Below are positions 1-11,826 of a stretch of DNA of 64,000 nucleotides, piece by piece. The notes below the pieces were generated by a model, which saw only the letters and a list, made by a program, of their open reading frames with translations, had not been told where the DNA came from and made no database searches. Location: the NCBI GenBank assembly GCA_030704615.1, contig CM060733.1:54808001-54872000 (forward strand), read 5' to 3'. Position 1 is the stretch's first letter; each line of letters starts with the position of its first letter. The stretch is from Takakia lepidozioides (taxonomy: Eukaryota > Plantae > Bryophyta). The position numbers were made by a program, and so were the translations under genes.

Positions 1-3000
1 TCACTTGGTATGCCTTTCTCGGCTTTTCACTAGCAATTTGGGCTCTTCAGGTATCACTTTTAAGGTGGAGAACCGGAAAAGTGCATAACTTTGTGTTGTT
101 GCAGCCTATCTCTGAGGTTCTAGTGAAATTGTGGTTCTTCAGCATCCATCATGAGGTGCATTTGTCCCTGAACTGGTAGAAGGCTCTTGGAAGCTCTGGA
201 GTTTGTTAGTTCCTATCCTCAGGTTCTCTTGGTTGCTCTGAAGCAGTTGTGGTTCTTGCCACTGTGGATCTCGGTTGGTGGTAGTAGCACTGACTGTTAG
301 TTGGCTGTAGACATGCGAAAAGATGTACAGGATATTTTCAAGCAGACCCCCCATGACAAGCAAGTGATGATGTTCTCTGCGACCCTGAGCAAAGAGATTC
401 GACCTGTCTGCAAGAGATTCATGCAAGATGTAATGTCTCGCGGCCAACTCATTCCTTCACAATATTCGAGACACCACCCTGCTTTCTTGGTGCTGGCATC
501 CTGCTAGTGGTTAATTGCCGTGGCTGGCCTTCTTTTGCTAGGGGTGGTTGATGCGACCTTGGACCTTGTCACTTCTTTCGCTCTTGGTTGACACTTTGGA
601 CTGGGTCTGAGCAAAGGTTTATGGAAGCAATGGTGCTGTAGGTTGGGGCTTTCACGCACAGCGGTACCGAATAGATGTAGGGTGGATGGAGCTGTAGTCA
701 ATGTTAGTCATGAGAATCTGTCTAAGGGAGGTTAAACATGAGGGAGGTGATCCGTGAAGTTTAGCAGGTCTCTTCTCATGTCTGCCAATGAGGACGAAAT
801 CTCTCTTTAGCGTTGTCTTCTGCTTACATCTACCTTTTTCAATATGCTGGGGTGATGAGGGGATGCAATTGAGGAGAACGTGTCATCTGTGGGCAGTTCC
901 TACTTATGTGCATTGCGCATTTGGGGGGAAACCAGCTGCCTCTTTAATGGGAGGGCAACACGACACAGATTGGCCGTCAATCGGCATCCTTTCATGACTG
1001 GCAAGCAGTAGCCCCAGTATAAATGCCGGTGTAATGGGACTCAGTTTTTTGTGGAGGCTGCGAACGAAAAAATCTTGCAAATGGAAAGGAAATGAGCTAC
1101 TTTTTCTTGGTTGGCATCCATGGGAAAGCAGTGTTCTTTGTGGCGCTGGCGCTTGAATAGCAAAGAGAAGCTGGCAGTCTCCTTACCTTATGTGTGTGTG
1201 GTCCCCTGTTGCTTGCTGGCGTTGTCATTTCACAGCCCATGGAGATCTACGTTGACGACGAAGCGAAGCTCACACTGCATGGTCTTGTGCAGGTAAGGTT
1301 TTGTTCAATGTACCTCCATGTGTCAGGCCCTTGTGTTATTGTTTGCATGCAGGGGGGAAAACACAGAGAAGGGGTGGTAGGTTCAGAGCAGTTTGTTAGG
1401 ACATCTCGGGATCATACACCTGCCATCAAACTGTTGTATTATGCATTTTCCTTACTTGTACATGTCTGTGCAATTCAACGGCAGCACTACATCAAGCTGA
1501 GCGAAGCAGAGAAGAATCGAAAGCTGAACGACTTGTTGGACGCACTCGACTTCAACCAGGTGGTGATCTTCGTGAAGAGTGTTAGTCGTGCAGCGGAGCT
1601 CAACAAGCTGCTGGTCGAGTGCAACTTCCCTTCCATCTGCATCCATTCGGGCATGTCGCAGGAGGAACGGTGTGCCCCTTTCTCCCTCCATTGCCTTGCC
1701 TTTAAGTGCCAGTATCATGGGGACAATGTTTGCATTGCCTAGCGGATTTTCATAGGTCAATCTTGTGGAACATTGCCAAGCTTGGATGAGCAATTGTGAT
1801 GATCGTTGGAAGGTCAGTTCACTCAATCATCTATTGCTGGTCGGATAGGTTGACGCGGTACAAGGGGTTCAAGGAAGGGCACAAGCGCATCCTGGTGGCC
1901 ACTGACCTGGTGGGACGGGGCATTGACATTGAGCGTGTCAACATTGTCATTAACTATGACATGCCCGATTCTGCTGATACATACTTGCATCGGGTATGTG
2001 TGCTTGCTTTCTTTTGGTATGAATTAGTTCAAGCTGTGGGAGGGCTTGTGGATGATTTGTGGCGCAATGCAAACTGGGTGCACTTTAGCACTCGCAAATT
2101 CTCCACGTCATTTTCTGAGATTTGGGAAAGGCTATTCCACACCATGGTGTACATGTAATGATATATACTGTGGAATGAAAATATTGTAATGAGAGTGCAA
2201 GACAGTCTCCCAAACTTGCAGCTGGTTTGTGAAGTTCTGGGTGATGCAAGATAGGATATAGCAAGGTTGAAAAGGTGTTGGTATGCAAGCTGACCGAGCT
2301 CTGCTTGGTGACCGTAGGTTGGAAGAGCAGGTCGTTTTGGGACAAAGGGACTAGCCATTACCTTTGTGGCCTCTGCTTCTGACTCCGATGTTCTGAATCA
2401 GGTATTGTATCTGAGATTTTGAAAATGATATTTCTAATTAGGATTTGGTGCTTATAACAAAGTGCATGTAATGAGCTTGGAAAACTCAGATGATGGTATA
2501 TTTTCCTGAACTGTTCTTGATCTGATAGTGATTATCACATTTGGGCATGCTGTTACCAAGTTATTGTTTTGGAGACAGTTTGGCATTTCAAAATTGGAAT
2601 GCTCGTAGGTAATGCATTTTTCTCTTTCAGCCTTTAGTCGATTATACTCTAGCAAGTGTTGTTGATCACTGGGGTCCACAATTGTGTTCTTGTACTCATA
2701 AGTTACTGGCCAGTCTCCTCTTTTCTGCTCTTTTGCCCCTCTTTCGTCCACAATGAATCTGTAGGAAATAGAGGAAACAGAGCTGCTGAGCTAATGTCAA
2801 GTGAGATGGCCGTTTCCTCGATAGGTCCAAGAGCGTTTTGAAGTTGACATCAAGGAGCTGCCTGAACAAATTGACACCACCACATACAGTAAGTTCTGAG
2901 GCTAGATCTTTATCTTGCATTATTAGACTTTCAGTATCCTGTTTTCCTTGAGATGGATATTTGTAACTTTGTGCTGACTAGATCGTTTTTGGTGCAGTGC

Positions 3001-3008
3001 CGTCGTAG
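1..3008 (+). CDS. UAP56: DEAD/DECD-box RNA helicase UAP56/SUB2 (RH15/RH56-like), 3' portion; 5' exons lie before the window
   Basis: GT-AG exons 1-7, 311-429, 1236-1292, 1485-1669, 1849-1993, 2318-2401, 2825-2888, 2998-3008 splice in frame to ...[66 protein letters not shown]...[43 protein letters not shown]...[12 protein letters not shown]; SAT and HRVGRAGR motifs present. Confidence 0.97.
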
Positions 3009-4397
3009 AGTTCTGCGCATTGCAACGAAGGTGTGTAAATCAGCAATCCATACCTTGGACCAGCAAGAAGGACGAGTTGGCGGTCTTTTAGTATGATAGA
3101 TTGGCATTTGACTCCTTGATTTCAGTTGTAAGTGTGGGTAACTTGACTATCTAAGCAGCCGATTGGTCCTTAAAGCTCAATTTACACTGGTCCAAAAAGT
3201 TTCTTGAGAGATTTTTTAATGCAATGATTGTCTTTCTCACATGAGATGTAAGCATGCATAATGCACTCCATCACAGCTTACCTCAGAATTGTTAGTTTGT
3301 ATGTTTGTTTGACTCTACTTTTTATCCTAGTCCAAGTCATCACATCCCTTGTTTACCCATTGCATACTGCTATGCATGCTTGCCCACCTGAATGAGAATC
3401 TCACTGCAGCTCACCTTCTTTCATGGCACACAACAACCCTTTCTGCCTAGACGATGCTGGTCCTCTCACCTTGGTGACAATGGTGTGTGTCTGCTGCCTC
3501 AGAGAGTCTTGTCTCTCTCTCTCTTCCTCTCTCAATTTGTACGAGGAATTCGCACATTCCAAGCACTCGCTTCCATAGCAGGTAGAGTTGGCAATCCAAC
3601 CCTAGTTTTCCCCTCGATTATGGACGTGAAACCTCGAAAGTTGTCTCAGTGAAGCTTCCATGGTGCTGCAAAAGAGAGGGTGCCCAGGACGAAGGTAAGA
3701 CAGACAGTGCAGTGCAGTGTTGTTGTTACAAGAGACAGAAAAGACATTGGAACTAGTCTGTAGTACTAAAAAGTGCAGCAGTGAACGAAGAAGCGAGTGT
3801 TGGCTGGACGGAACATGCGGGCCAAGCAAATTCGTGCGAGCTTTCCTGGCTATGGCGGAGCGCCTTCCCCCCCCGCCTCTGCTTGCTGCTCAAGTCTTCC
3901 TGTCATTCTTATCTTGTGACTCATTCTTTTCAGTATCTTGTGCATGGCAAGCATAAACTTCATACCTCAGAGCATTGATTGAGGATTCTGTGAGAGCGTA
4001 ACTGTTTGGCAGTCAGCTGCGAAGTATTTCCAGGTTTTAGACTGAATCTAGTTTGAAATGGAAGTGGTTCTTTTCGAAGGGGATGTAACACAAAGAAAAT
4101 CGGGATGACCTACGGAAAGGGGGAGATCGGTGATAACAGCATGGAGTCACAGTCATTCGGAATCAGAGCTGCGCACCGATCACATTCGGTGTCTTGAGCA
4201 GTCGATTAGGTTGAAAATGTGTTGTTTGCTTTTTCCGTGTTTTGATTTTCATCGCTTTGAATTCCCGACGAAGGCATGACAGCGAGCTCGTAATCAAGCA
4301 ACGGATTTAGGCATCGAAGAAGACAGAGAGACAAGCACGTAAAACCATATAGGAGAGACAAATCGGAGGCGCTGGGGAAGAGGAGGGAGATAGTGGC

Positions 4398-7300
4398 ATG
4401 ATGATATTACCTTTCGCTAAACTTGGTACATTGGTGCTGCGAACACTGAGCAAGCCACTGGCGTCCCGGTTGAAGCATCAGGCATCGCGCCATCCTCGAT
4501 TCCGGCAAATCATCATCAATCTTGCTCAGGTGAGGACGTTCTTCTATCGCTGACGGATGTTTTGATTGCACATACTTACTGTTCCGAGCCTTTCTCTTCG
4601 AGACGATTGTCATGGAGGAAGCGGTTCACCGGACATGAATTCTATTCAGTTGAGCCCCTTCACCTTTCGTGGAGAGCTAACTCATCGCGGATTGCATGCA
4701 CAATCCTGCCAAATTGTAGTGCACTAAGCAGGGTTATCTCTTAGTTGTGGAAATTTTCGTCAGCATTGGTGCGGAATTCGCGAGACAAAGCTGATACGAA
4801 GGTTCACAATATATATAATGTCTCGCCCCCAAAGTTCAAGTCACAATCTGACTCGCAAGTTGGAATTTGACTCTGGAAATGGAGGTTTAAGCTGGTCTTG
4901 GAGGAATCACAAATCTGTAGGCTGTAGTAATGTGCACGGATGTCTTGGTCTAGATTATTCTCGAGATTGGTGTCAAGGGCAGCGGGGAGAGGGACGTAGA
5001 TGGACTGTTTGATTGATACTACATTGTAACTTCGTTGAGCTGGAAGTGGGTTGTCAGCCCATCAGGATATATGAGGCCATATCTCTATTTGAGATAGCTC
5101 TTGGATAGAGGAACAAAGAAGGACGGCTTTAGGCTCAGCCTGGAGATTTTTGAAAGTTGGTGAACAGAGGCGCAGGGACAAAGTTCTCGATGGTCCTGTG
5201 AACTGTGATGAGAGTATCCCAGACATAGTATCAGAAAATGGATATTGTCCCGCACATTGGCGATTGATAATCTCGCTTTCCTCTCTGCATCTGTTTATTG
5301 TTCAAAGGTAGATTCCTGCCCCAAGTTTGAATTTCAGTCTAGTGCCGAGGGTAGGTAGGCCATTTATGGTCCTCACCCATGTCACAAAGTTCAGGGGAAG
5401 TTTTAGCCTATCTTCGTTTTGTGCTGCATCATGGACTTAGACACTTGAGCCTCGAAGCAGCTTCATCTAGGAGGGTCAGTTCTTCCTACCTAATATTCAG
5501 GTACTTGAAAGTATCCTCTACCCATTTCCGCCAGGACTTAGCCTGTTTAATAGGACAGTCTTGCTTCCAAGAAATGATCTTGCATGCAAGCCCTCACCAT
5601 CTGACCTTGAACTCATCATGTCGACAGCTCAAGGTGGTATGCCACAATCACCCCGAACAGCCACATTAGCTGTTCTAGAGCACGCTGTGTGTGTGTGTGA
5701 GAGAGAGAGGGAGAGGGAGAGGGAGAGGGAGAGGGAGAGGGAGAGAGAGAGAGAGAGAGAGATGTCCCCCGTGAGTGCTGGCCATAGCCTTATTGTGGCG
5801 ACATAAACCCTCCTGGAGTTGGTTTCAGGGTTTTGACGAGAGTGAAATTCTGCTGGCAGTTACCATAGTGCTTGTGCACAGTGGATGGCAGCCAGTTACT
5901 GGGTTTCACTTTTTGTTTTTAGGGGTGGTATTATGCAAGACCAACAGCCACTCTGTTGTGGGTAAGGGCAGAAGAATGTACTCGTAAGACATAAGACATT
6001 GTTTTCCATAGCCTTGTGGCCATAGACTCCGTGCCCAACAACATGGAACAGACATACCGTTGTGAGGGGCTCACTCCAGTAGTGGGACTTGCCTTGATAT
6101 AACAAGTTGCTCAGGCTTTGCAGATTTCCTCCAGAAAACCCTTCACACAAGGATAATCTGTGTGTGTGAGATGCCCAGCAAGTAGAGCCCAACAGGGCCA
6201 GGGCTCTTGGCTCAGCCTGGAGATATTGAAAGTTGTTGAACAGAGGTCTTTTGTCTCCTCGTACTTCACTCTCCTAGAACCTTGGCCCTTCTCATAGGCA
6301 ATCTGTCGAAAACAAGCAGGCTGCCTTTGCTCCTTCCCCTGGCTCGTAAAGAATGTCAGAACCAGAAACAAATGCACGAAAGCAACCCTTTCACAACAAG
6401 AAATCAACGGCAAGGCATCCGAAACCAACCATGAGTGGTTAGCGAGCTTTGCTGCAGACAAGCGCTCTCTCAGATGAGGGTTTGCATAGCCACACAACGA
6501 AAACCTGCCTCGATAACCCCACAATCTTTGAACCCCTTGGCACTTCCTCAAGTTCTTGATGGTCCTGAAGAGGGTCACTGTCTGATGAGAATACCCCGGA
6601 CATTGTATCAGAAAATGGATCTTGTCTTCAGGTCGTCCATACATTGGGCATTGATAATCTCCCTTTTCTCTCTGCACATGTTTGTCGCTCAAAGGTAGAC
6701 TCCCCGCGCCGAGTTTAGATTTCAGTCTATTGCCGAGGGTAGGTAGGCCCTTCAGATCGTTAAGGTCCTCACCCACGACCCAAACTTGACAAGACAGAGA
6801 GTGGAAGACAAAGTTTATGTTGCTAACAGAGATGCTGATACAAATGCTGGGATGTCAAGGGTTGCAGTCGAACCATAGGTTTCAGGTAAATTTGCAGAGA
6901 CGAATATATGGCCATTCCACTGACGTTGAAATTCGGCCACTCAATGAAGAGAAGGCAGTTCAGGCGGCTTCTGAGCTTCTTGGGGAATTCGTCATCTTCA
7001 CGGTAATATTCTCACGGAGGTTGCAGACACTTGTGCCATGTAGCGATGTGCAATTGTTTCAGAGTGTTCTTGCAGAAAGATGATTCGGAAGAACATGAAG
7101 ATCCTCGATCAGTGTATGTGTTATTGATGATGAATTGTCCGTGTGCTGATGACAGGTTGGGGGAGCTGTTGTCATATTCGAAGTCTCACGTAGTGCCCGG
7201 TCTGAAGCCCGGAAAGAGGAAGCCCGTAAGAAAGAATTGGAGGTATTCTCATAATGATTGTCTTCAGTGTGTGTTCTGTGCAATGTCCATTTCTTTCTGA

Positions 7301-7694
7301 GGATTTGAGAGTTTCTATCACAAGTGTGACCTGCTATCTTCTGTTGTTCCTCCTGGAATGATGCTGCTCTAATCAGACCAAATCTTCCGGGTTTTGCTGT
7401 GCTTATTTGTGTCTGTCAGGTTCCTATAGCATTTAACTAAGTTTCTCCCTCTCCCTCCACCGTGTGTCTCGCTCTTTTTCTGTGCAAGTTGACAGTCTCT
7501 TGGCATTCTATCAGGATTTGAGGCAGAGGGATGCAAGCATATCAAAAGAGGTTGATGCATTGAGGCGGCAATTTGAAGAGTTAAGAGGTGGACGGGGAAT
7601 TACCAGCTGGATTCCAGGATTGGGCCATGATACTCACCCAACCTCGTCACAAGGTGGACACACTTCTTCTGGGGCTGCCGACCACAGCACTTGA
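4398..7694 (+). CDS. OPA3: OPA3-like protein
   Basis: Exons 4398-4529, 6868-7002, 7156-7242, 7515-7694 give MMILPFAKLGTLVLRTLSKPLASRLK...NLAQ/SNHR...IRPLNEEKAVQAASELLGEFVIFT/VGGAVVIFEVSRSARSEARKEEARKKELE/DLRQRD..., the characteristic OPA3 family signature. Confidence 0.93.
5085..5380 (-). mobile_element. Non-LTR retrotransposon (LINE) fragment in OPA3 intron 1
   Basis: Close paralogue of 6200-6775 (GGCTCAGCCTGGAGAT..GAAAGTT, ATCAGAAAATGGAT, GCCGAGGGTAGGTAGGCC). Confidence 0.7.
5686..5762. repeat. Compound microsatellite (TG)n(GA)n(GAGAGG)n
   Basis: Directly visible. Confidence 0.95.
5970..6776 (-). mobile_element. 5'-truncated LINE 3' end (C-terminal Cys/His region of ORF2 plus 3' tail)
   Basis: ORF 6111..6776 contains KLGAGSLPL...QCPMYGRPEDKIHFLIQCPGY, resembling the C-terminal CCHC region of non-LTR ORF2; the tail motif TCTATGGCCACAAGGCT...GAGTACATTCT recurs at 34675-35210 and 36500-36545. 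Confidence 0.7.
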
Positions 7695-8453
7695 TGAGGC
7701 AGTGCCTAGTTGAAAACAGTTGGTGGTTGTGCTCGCAATCATGAAAGCATTTCTTGCCATTTGCAAAATGCTAATGTGCCATAGTCTTTTGAAATTAGCA
7801 TCTCCATTTCGTCTGAGTAGTTCAAATATTTGAATGAGAGGAGACCTCCATATGGGTCACGGGCCTGCAGGTAGCCTTCTTTTGCACTGTGCTTGGGTTG
7901 GTGTTGTAAGTGCTTGAAACCATTGTCCTCCATAGGACTGTGATGTGTACATTTGTTGAGGAAGTGCGCCCTTCCGTTGATGGGTTTTGACTTGCCGTCA
8001 TTAGACCTTTCCAAAGCGACAAGCTGCACCATTTCGTATATGCGTGATGTCAGCTGCCTGGAACCAGTCAATGTGGACAGATTTTAGACTGCATTAGAGA
8101 GCACCATTTATTGCCATTTATCCCCCTTGCAGTGGTTGGGCAACAGTGTTTCTACCTTTTAAAGATCAAATCAAAAACCTAGTAGCAGTCTGTAACTTCA
8201 ATAGGAGGGGATTGTCTCTCGACATAATCTTGCGATCACCATTTATGCAGTGGTGTTTTTTTGACAGGTCGGCCTACCTTTTCTGTGACAGATTATGTTT
8301 TTTCTTTGTACTTTAACTGTGATAGACAACTTTGAGAACATGCCTGTCACATGGCAGGTTGACAAGTTTTTGACCTTTCAGAGAACCATATCATGTCAAA
8401 TTAGAAATTAATGGCATAGTAGTGAGGTCTTATCTGCTTGTCCTGGCATTAGG

Positions 8454-8970
8454 GAAGTCATGACCCGGGATCATTTTAAGAGCATTCTTTGTTGTTTGAA
8501 TCTAGTTGACAACTTTACCTTGATCTCCGATCGTACCAATCCTATATAGGAGAACTGTCAGTAGATGCAAGATGTTACGGAACGGGAATAACTTGATGAT
8601 CACAGTTGATGAGGTTACGATAAGGTACAAGGGCAAATATTGTGCCATTCGGTAGTACATGCCCAAAAAACCTGCAAAGTGGGGCATCAAAATATGGGCC
8701 TTTGCGGATCCTATTAGTAGTTATATCTACGATTTTGAGGTCTACTACAGAAAGAATGGGGGGCTTGAGGGCATGAGGCAAAAGACTGGGAAGGGTGAGG
8801 GGTATGATGTTGTTATAGGATTGGTATCTGATTTGCATGGGCCAGGCCATGTAGTGGTGATTGACAATTTCTTTACATCATCCGAGCTGTTGTATGACAT
8901 GGCCTCGTTGGGCACCTGGGCAATTGGCACTATAAGGCTGAACATGAAGGTCTCCCACCGGCTTTGATAG
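8454..8970 (+). mobile_element. piggyBac-like (PGBD/DDE_Tnp_1_7) transposase remnant
   Basis: EVMTRDHFKSI...TVDEVTIRYKGK...*YMPKKPAKWGIKIWAFAD...YIYDFEVY...IDNFFTS...GTIRLN; internal stop and truncation. Confidence 0.88.
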
Positions 8971-9918
8971 GTTTGAAAAAATGTAAGACAGCAGTGTAGG
9001 AAGACTCTTGGTTCAAGATGCATACCTCCCCAGAAAGGAGTCTATAATATATTATCAGCTCGACCAACTTCATGGCCCAACTCACTTGTCACAGCAAAGA
9101 AAACTCATGAATGAGATTCTTTGTGTGCCAATGCATATGCAATATTAGAGCTACATGAGAGGGGTTGACGAGTTGCCGGGTGCATATAACATGCGGTTGA
9201 AAACCCATAAATGGTAGCATAAAGTGTTTTTCTCTTGTTGAACTAAAAAGACGTGTGAACTTCTTACAATTAGTCCAAAGTAACCTTTGGTTTCTCAACG
9301 GTGAGTTGGGCCGTGAAGTTGGTCAAGTTGTAGATAATATTGTAAACACTCCTTTTTTGTCCCACTGCAATACTGCGGCTATATGACGGGATGCCCCACT
9401 CTTTCACGCCCCAACTTTTGATGCCCCACTTTAGAGGCCCACACTTCATCTCAGTAAGAACCCTTTGGTTTCTCGTGTTGCACCGCCCTCCAAACCATGT
9501 TTTCCAACTTGATCCCACATAATGACACTCACATCCAAGTATCCAACCTTAATCAAGATTGCAAACAACTTTTGATAGCATTTTGTTTTGAGAAACCCCA
9601 TGCTCTCATAAATTGCCATACTGGTAGGAATCACAACTACCTTTATGTATGAGATGTGGCCAATTAGTATGCCACTCGTTGGTGCCTCCACACAATTGCC
9701 TCAAGGTTTCTACAAACTCTAGCACCTGAGTTCTACTTGCATCACTTTCAGCCTCAGTTAATCCTAGTGTTTTTATTCCCTAACGAGAATTATTTTTTTG
9801 GCCAAAAAGTGTCAGTAGTTGATGTCATGAGCCTCGCCAACATGGACTAGTTAAAACATGCCACCTGGTATATAGCCCTTTCTAACCATGCCACCTCGTT
9901 ATTCTGGCCATAGGTAGA

Positions 9919-10161
9919 TTTTGTTTTTTTGTTTTTTTTAATTTATTGAAAGGAAACCTGGGAGCGACAGGCCACAATTCAGGCCCTAGAAGGGGGAAAA
10001 TAACCTCCTTTCATTTATGGGCCATGGAGGCACACAGGACGATAACATCCAGACAGAACGTCACGAACAATCCACACACGTGGCAGGGCAGCGGGTTTGA
10101 ACCCCGAACCACCAAGGCGACACATTGTGCACTTACCAGCTGAGCTACCAGCCGATGTTGC
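9919..10161 (-). mobile_element. tRNA-derived SINE (~240 bp)
   Basis: Minus strand: A box TAGCTCAGCTGG, B box GGTTCAAAC, body, AATAAA then A-rich tail (T-run 9919-9940 on +); flanked by direct repeat AGGTAGA (9912-9918, 10162-10168) as putative TSD. Confidence 0.75.
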
Positions 10162-11056
10162 AGGTAGAATTCACATGTGGCCCACCCTGCGATTTTGGAA
10201 AAGTGAAAAAGAAAACACTAGTTAATCCAAATTTCAAGATCAATCATCATACCACTATTGAAGAGCAGGTCTCATCGCAGACCAGCCTACTTACCACTAT
10301 TGAGTATTGAATTTTGAGAGCCAAAGGAGAGCTTGCTTGAAACACGTGCTGGAAAGAGGGATAGGTTTAGGGTTTGAAAGAAAAAGAAGGGCAGCTGGAA
10401 GTGACTCGGTGAGCCCCCCAGCTGCAGTTACCAATAAGATTACTGATAATAACCAGTAATTTGTGCCTTTCTTTTGACAGGGGTTTTTTGTTTTTCCGCC
10501 TTCACTGTGACAGGCATTTTTTTGTCATTGCCTTTCCTTTGACAGAGAAACTTTTTTTGGCCTTTTTCTGCCATTCAAATGCGTTGTGACAGGCGCAAAA
10601 GCAAACCCTGTATTTATCAAACAAGGTGCTGTCCTTGTGTCAGTCATCTCTCACATTGCACGTGAGGGACAGAGGAAGGCCACTTCCCCTCACGGGCTTC
10701 CAAGTGCGAATGAGAATTGGAGAGCTGTCTGCCGACATCTTCCGGTGGGAGGTAAATGTGGTACTTGGCAGTCTGTGATTAGAGGGAAAGGTGCATGTGA
10801 GGTACGTGTCAAAGAGATTATGAGCTCTACTTGGGATTGGGAATTCTTGAGGGCCAAGTCAATACACGTCTACAGGAGCAGAACAGTCCCTGCTGTGTAC
10901 AGAATTCTATCTTGCAATTAGTAAGTGGTTGTCGCTGCTAGAGCAATCTCGACATGTTCCTTGTGAGAAAGTGGTGACTTCACGTCGCATATCTTCAATT
11001 CCCTGCTGACTGTGATTCAAGCACTGAGATCAGGGAGATCGTGACGTGTAAAGCAG

Positions 11057-11556
11057 NNNNNNNNNNNNNNNNNNNNNNNNNNNNNNNNNNNNNNNNNNNN
11101 NNNNNNNNNNNNNNNNNNNNNNNNNNNNNNNNNNNNNNNNNNNNNNNNNNNNNNNNNNNNNNNNNNNNNNNNNNNNNNNNNNNNNNNNNNNNNNNNNNNN
11201 NNNNNNNNNNNNNNNNNNNNNNNNNNNNNNNNNNNNNNNNNNNNNNNNNNNNNNNNNNNNNNNNNNNNNNNNNNNNNNNNNNNNNNNNNNNNNNNNNNNN
11301 NNNNNNNNNNNNNNNNNNNNNNNNNNNNNNNNNNNNNNNNNNNNNNNNNNNNNNNNNNNNNNNNNNNNNNNNNNNNNNNNNNNNNNNNNNNNNNNNNNNN
11401 NNNNNNNNNNNNNNNNNNNNNNNNNNNNNNNNNNNNNNNNNNNNNNNNNNNNNNNNNNNNNNNNNNNNNNNNNNNNNNNNNNNNNNNNNNNNNNNNNNNN
11501 NNNNNNNNNNNNNNNNNNNNNNNNNNNNNNNNNNNNNNNNNNNNNNNNNNNNNNNN
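11057..11556. other. Assembly gap (500 N)
   Basis: Run of N. Confidence 1.
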
Positions 11557-11826
11557 ATGCGTGATATAAGCTTCACTGCCAAATGCCAGTTGTCTTGCAT
11601 CTCTAGGAGGAGAGAAAGAGGGTTAGGAAGGTGTTGAGGAAATTTCCTTTTCCCCAGGAAGTTCCTGTTCCTTGTAAAGCTAGAAGTATCATCAAACGTG
11701 TACCTACTATGTATTTGTACTAATCTTCCTTCTCCTGTTGAACATATTCTGGAAGCATCACTGGGCTGTTAATTTGTGGGTTTTTATGTGAAGAAAGTGT
11801 AGCAGTAGGCAAGTGAATTGGCAGCC

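Noticed and set aside
850-1000. Intronic box C/D snoRNA in UAP56 (GTGATGA)
   Set aside because: No suitably placed CTGA D box or terminal stem found
10081-10153. Functional tRNA gene
   Set aside because: Acceptor and anticodon stems pair poorly, and it continues into a body, A-tail and TSD, so it is a SINE head
10995-11637. ~200-aa ORFs on both strands
   Set aside because: They span the 500-N gap
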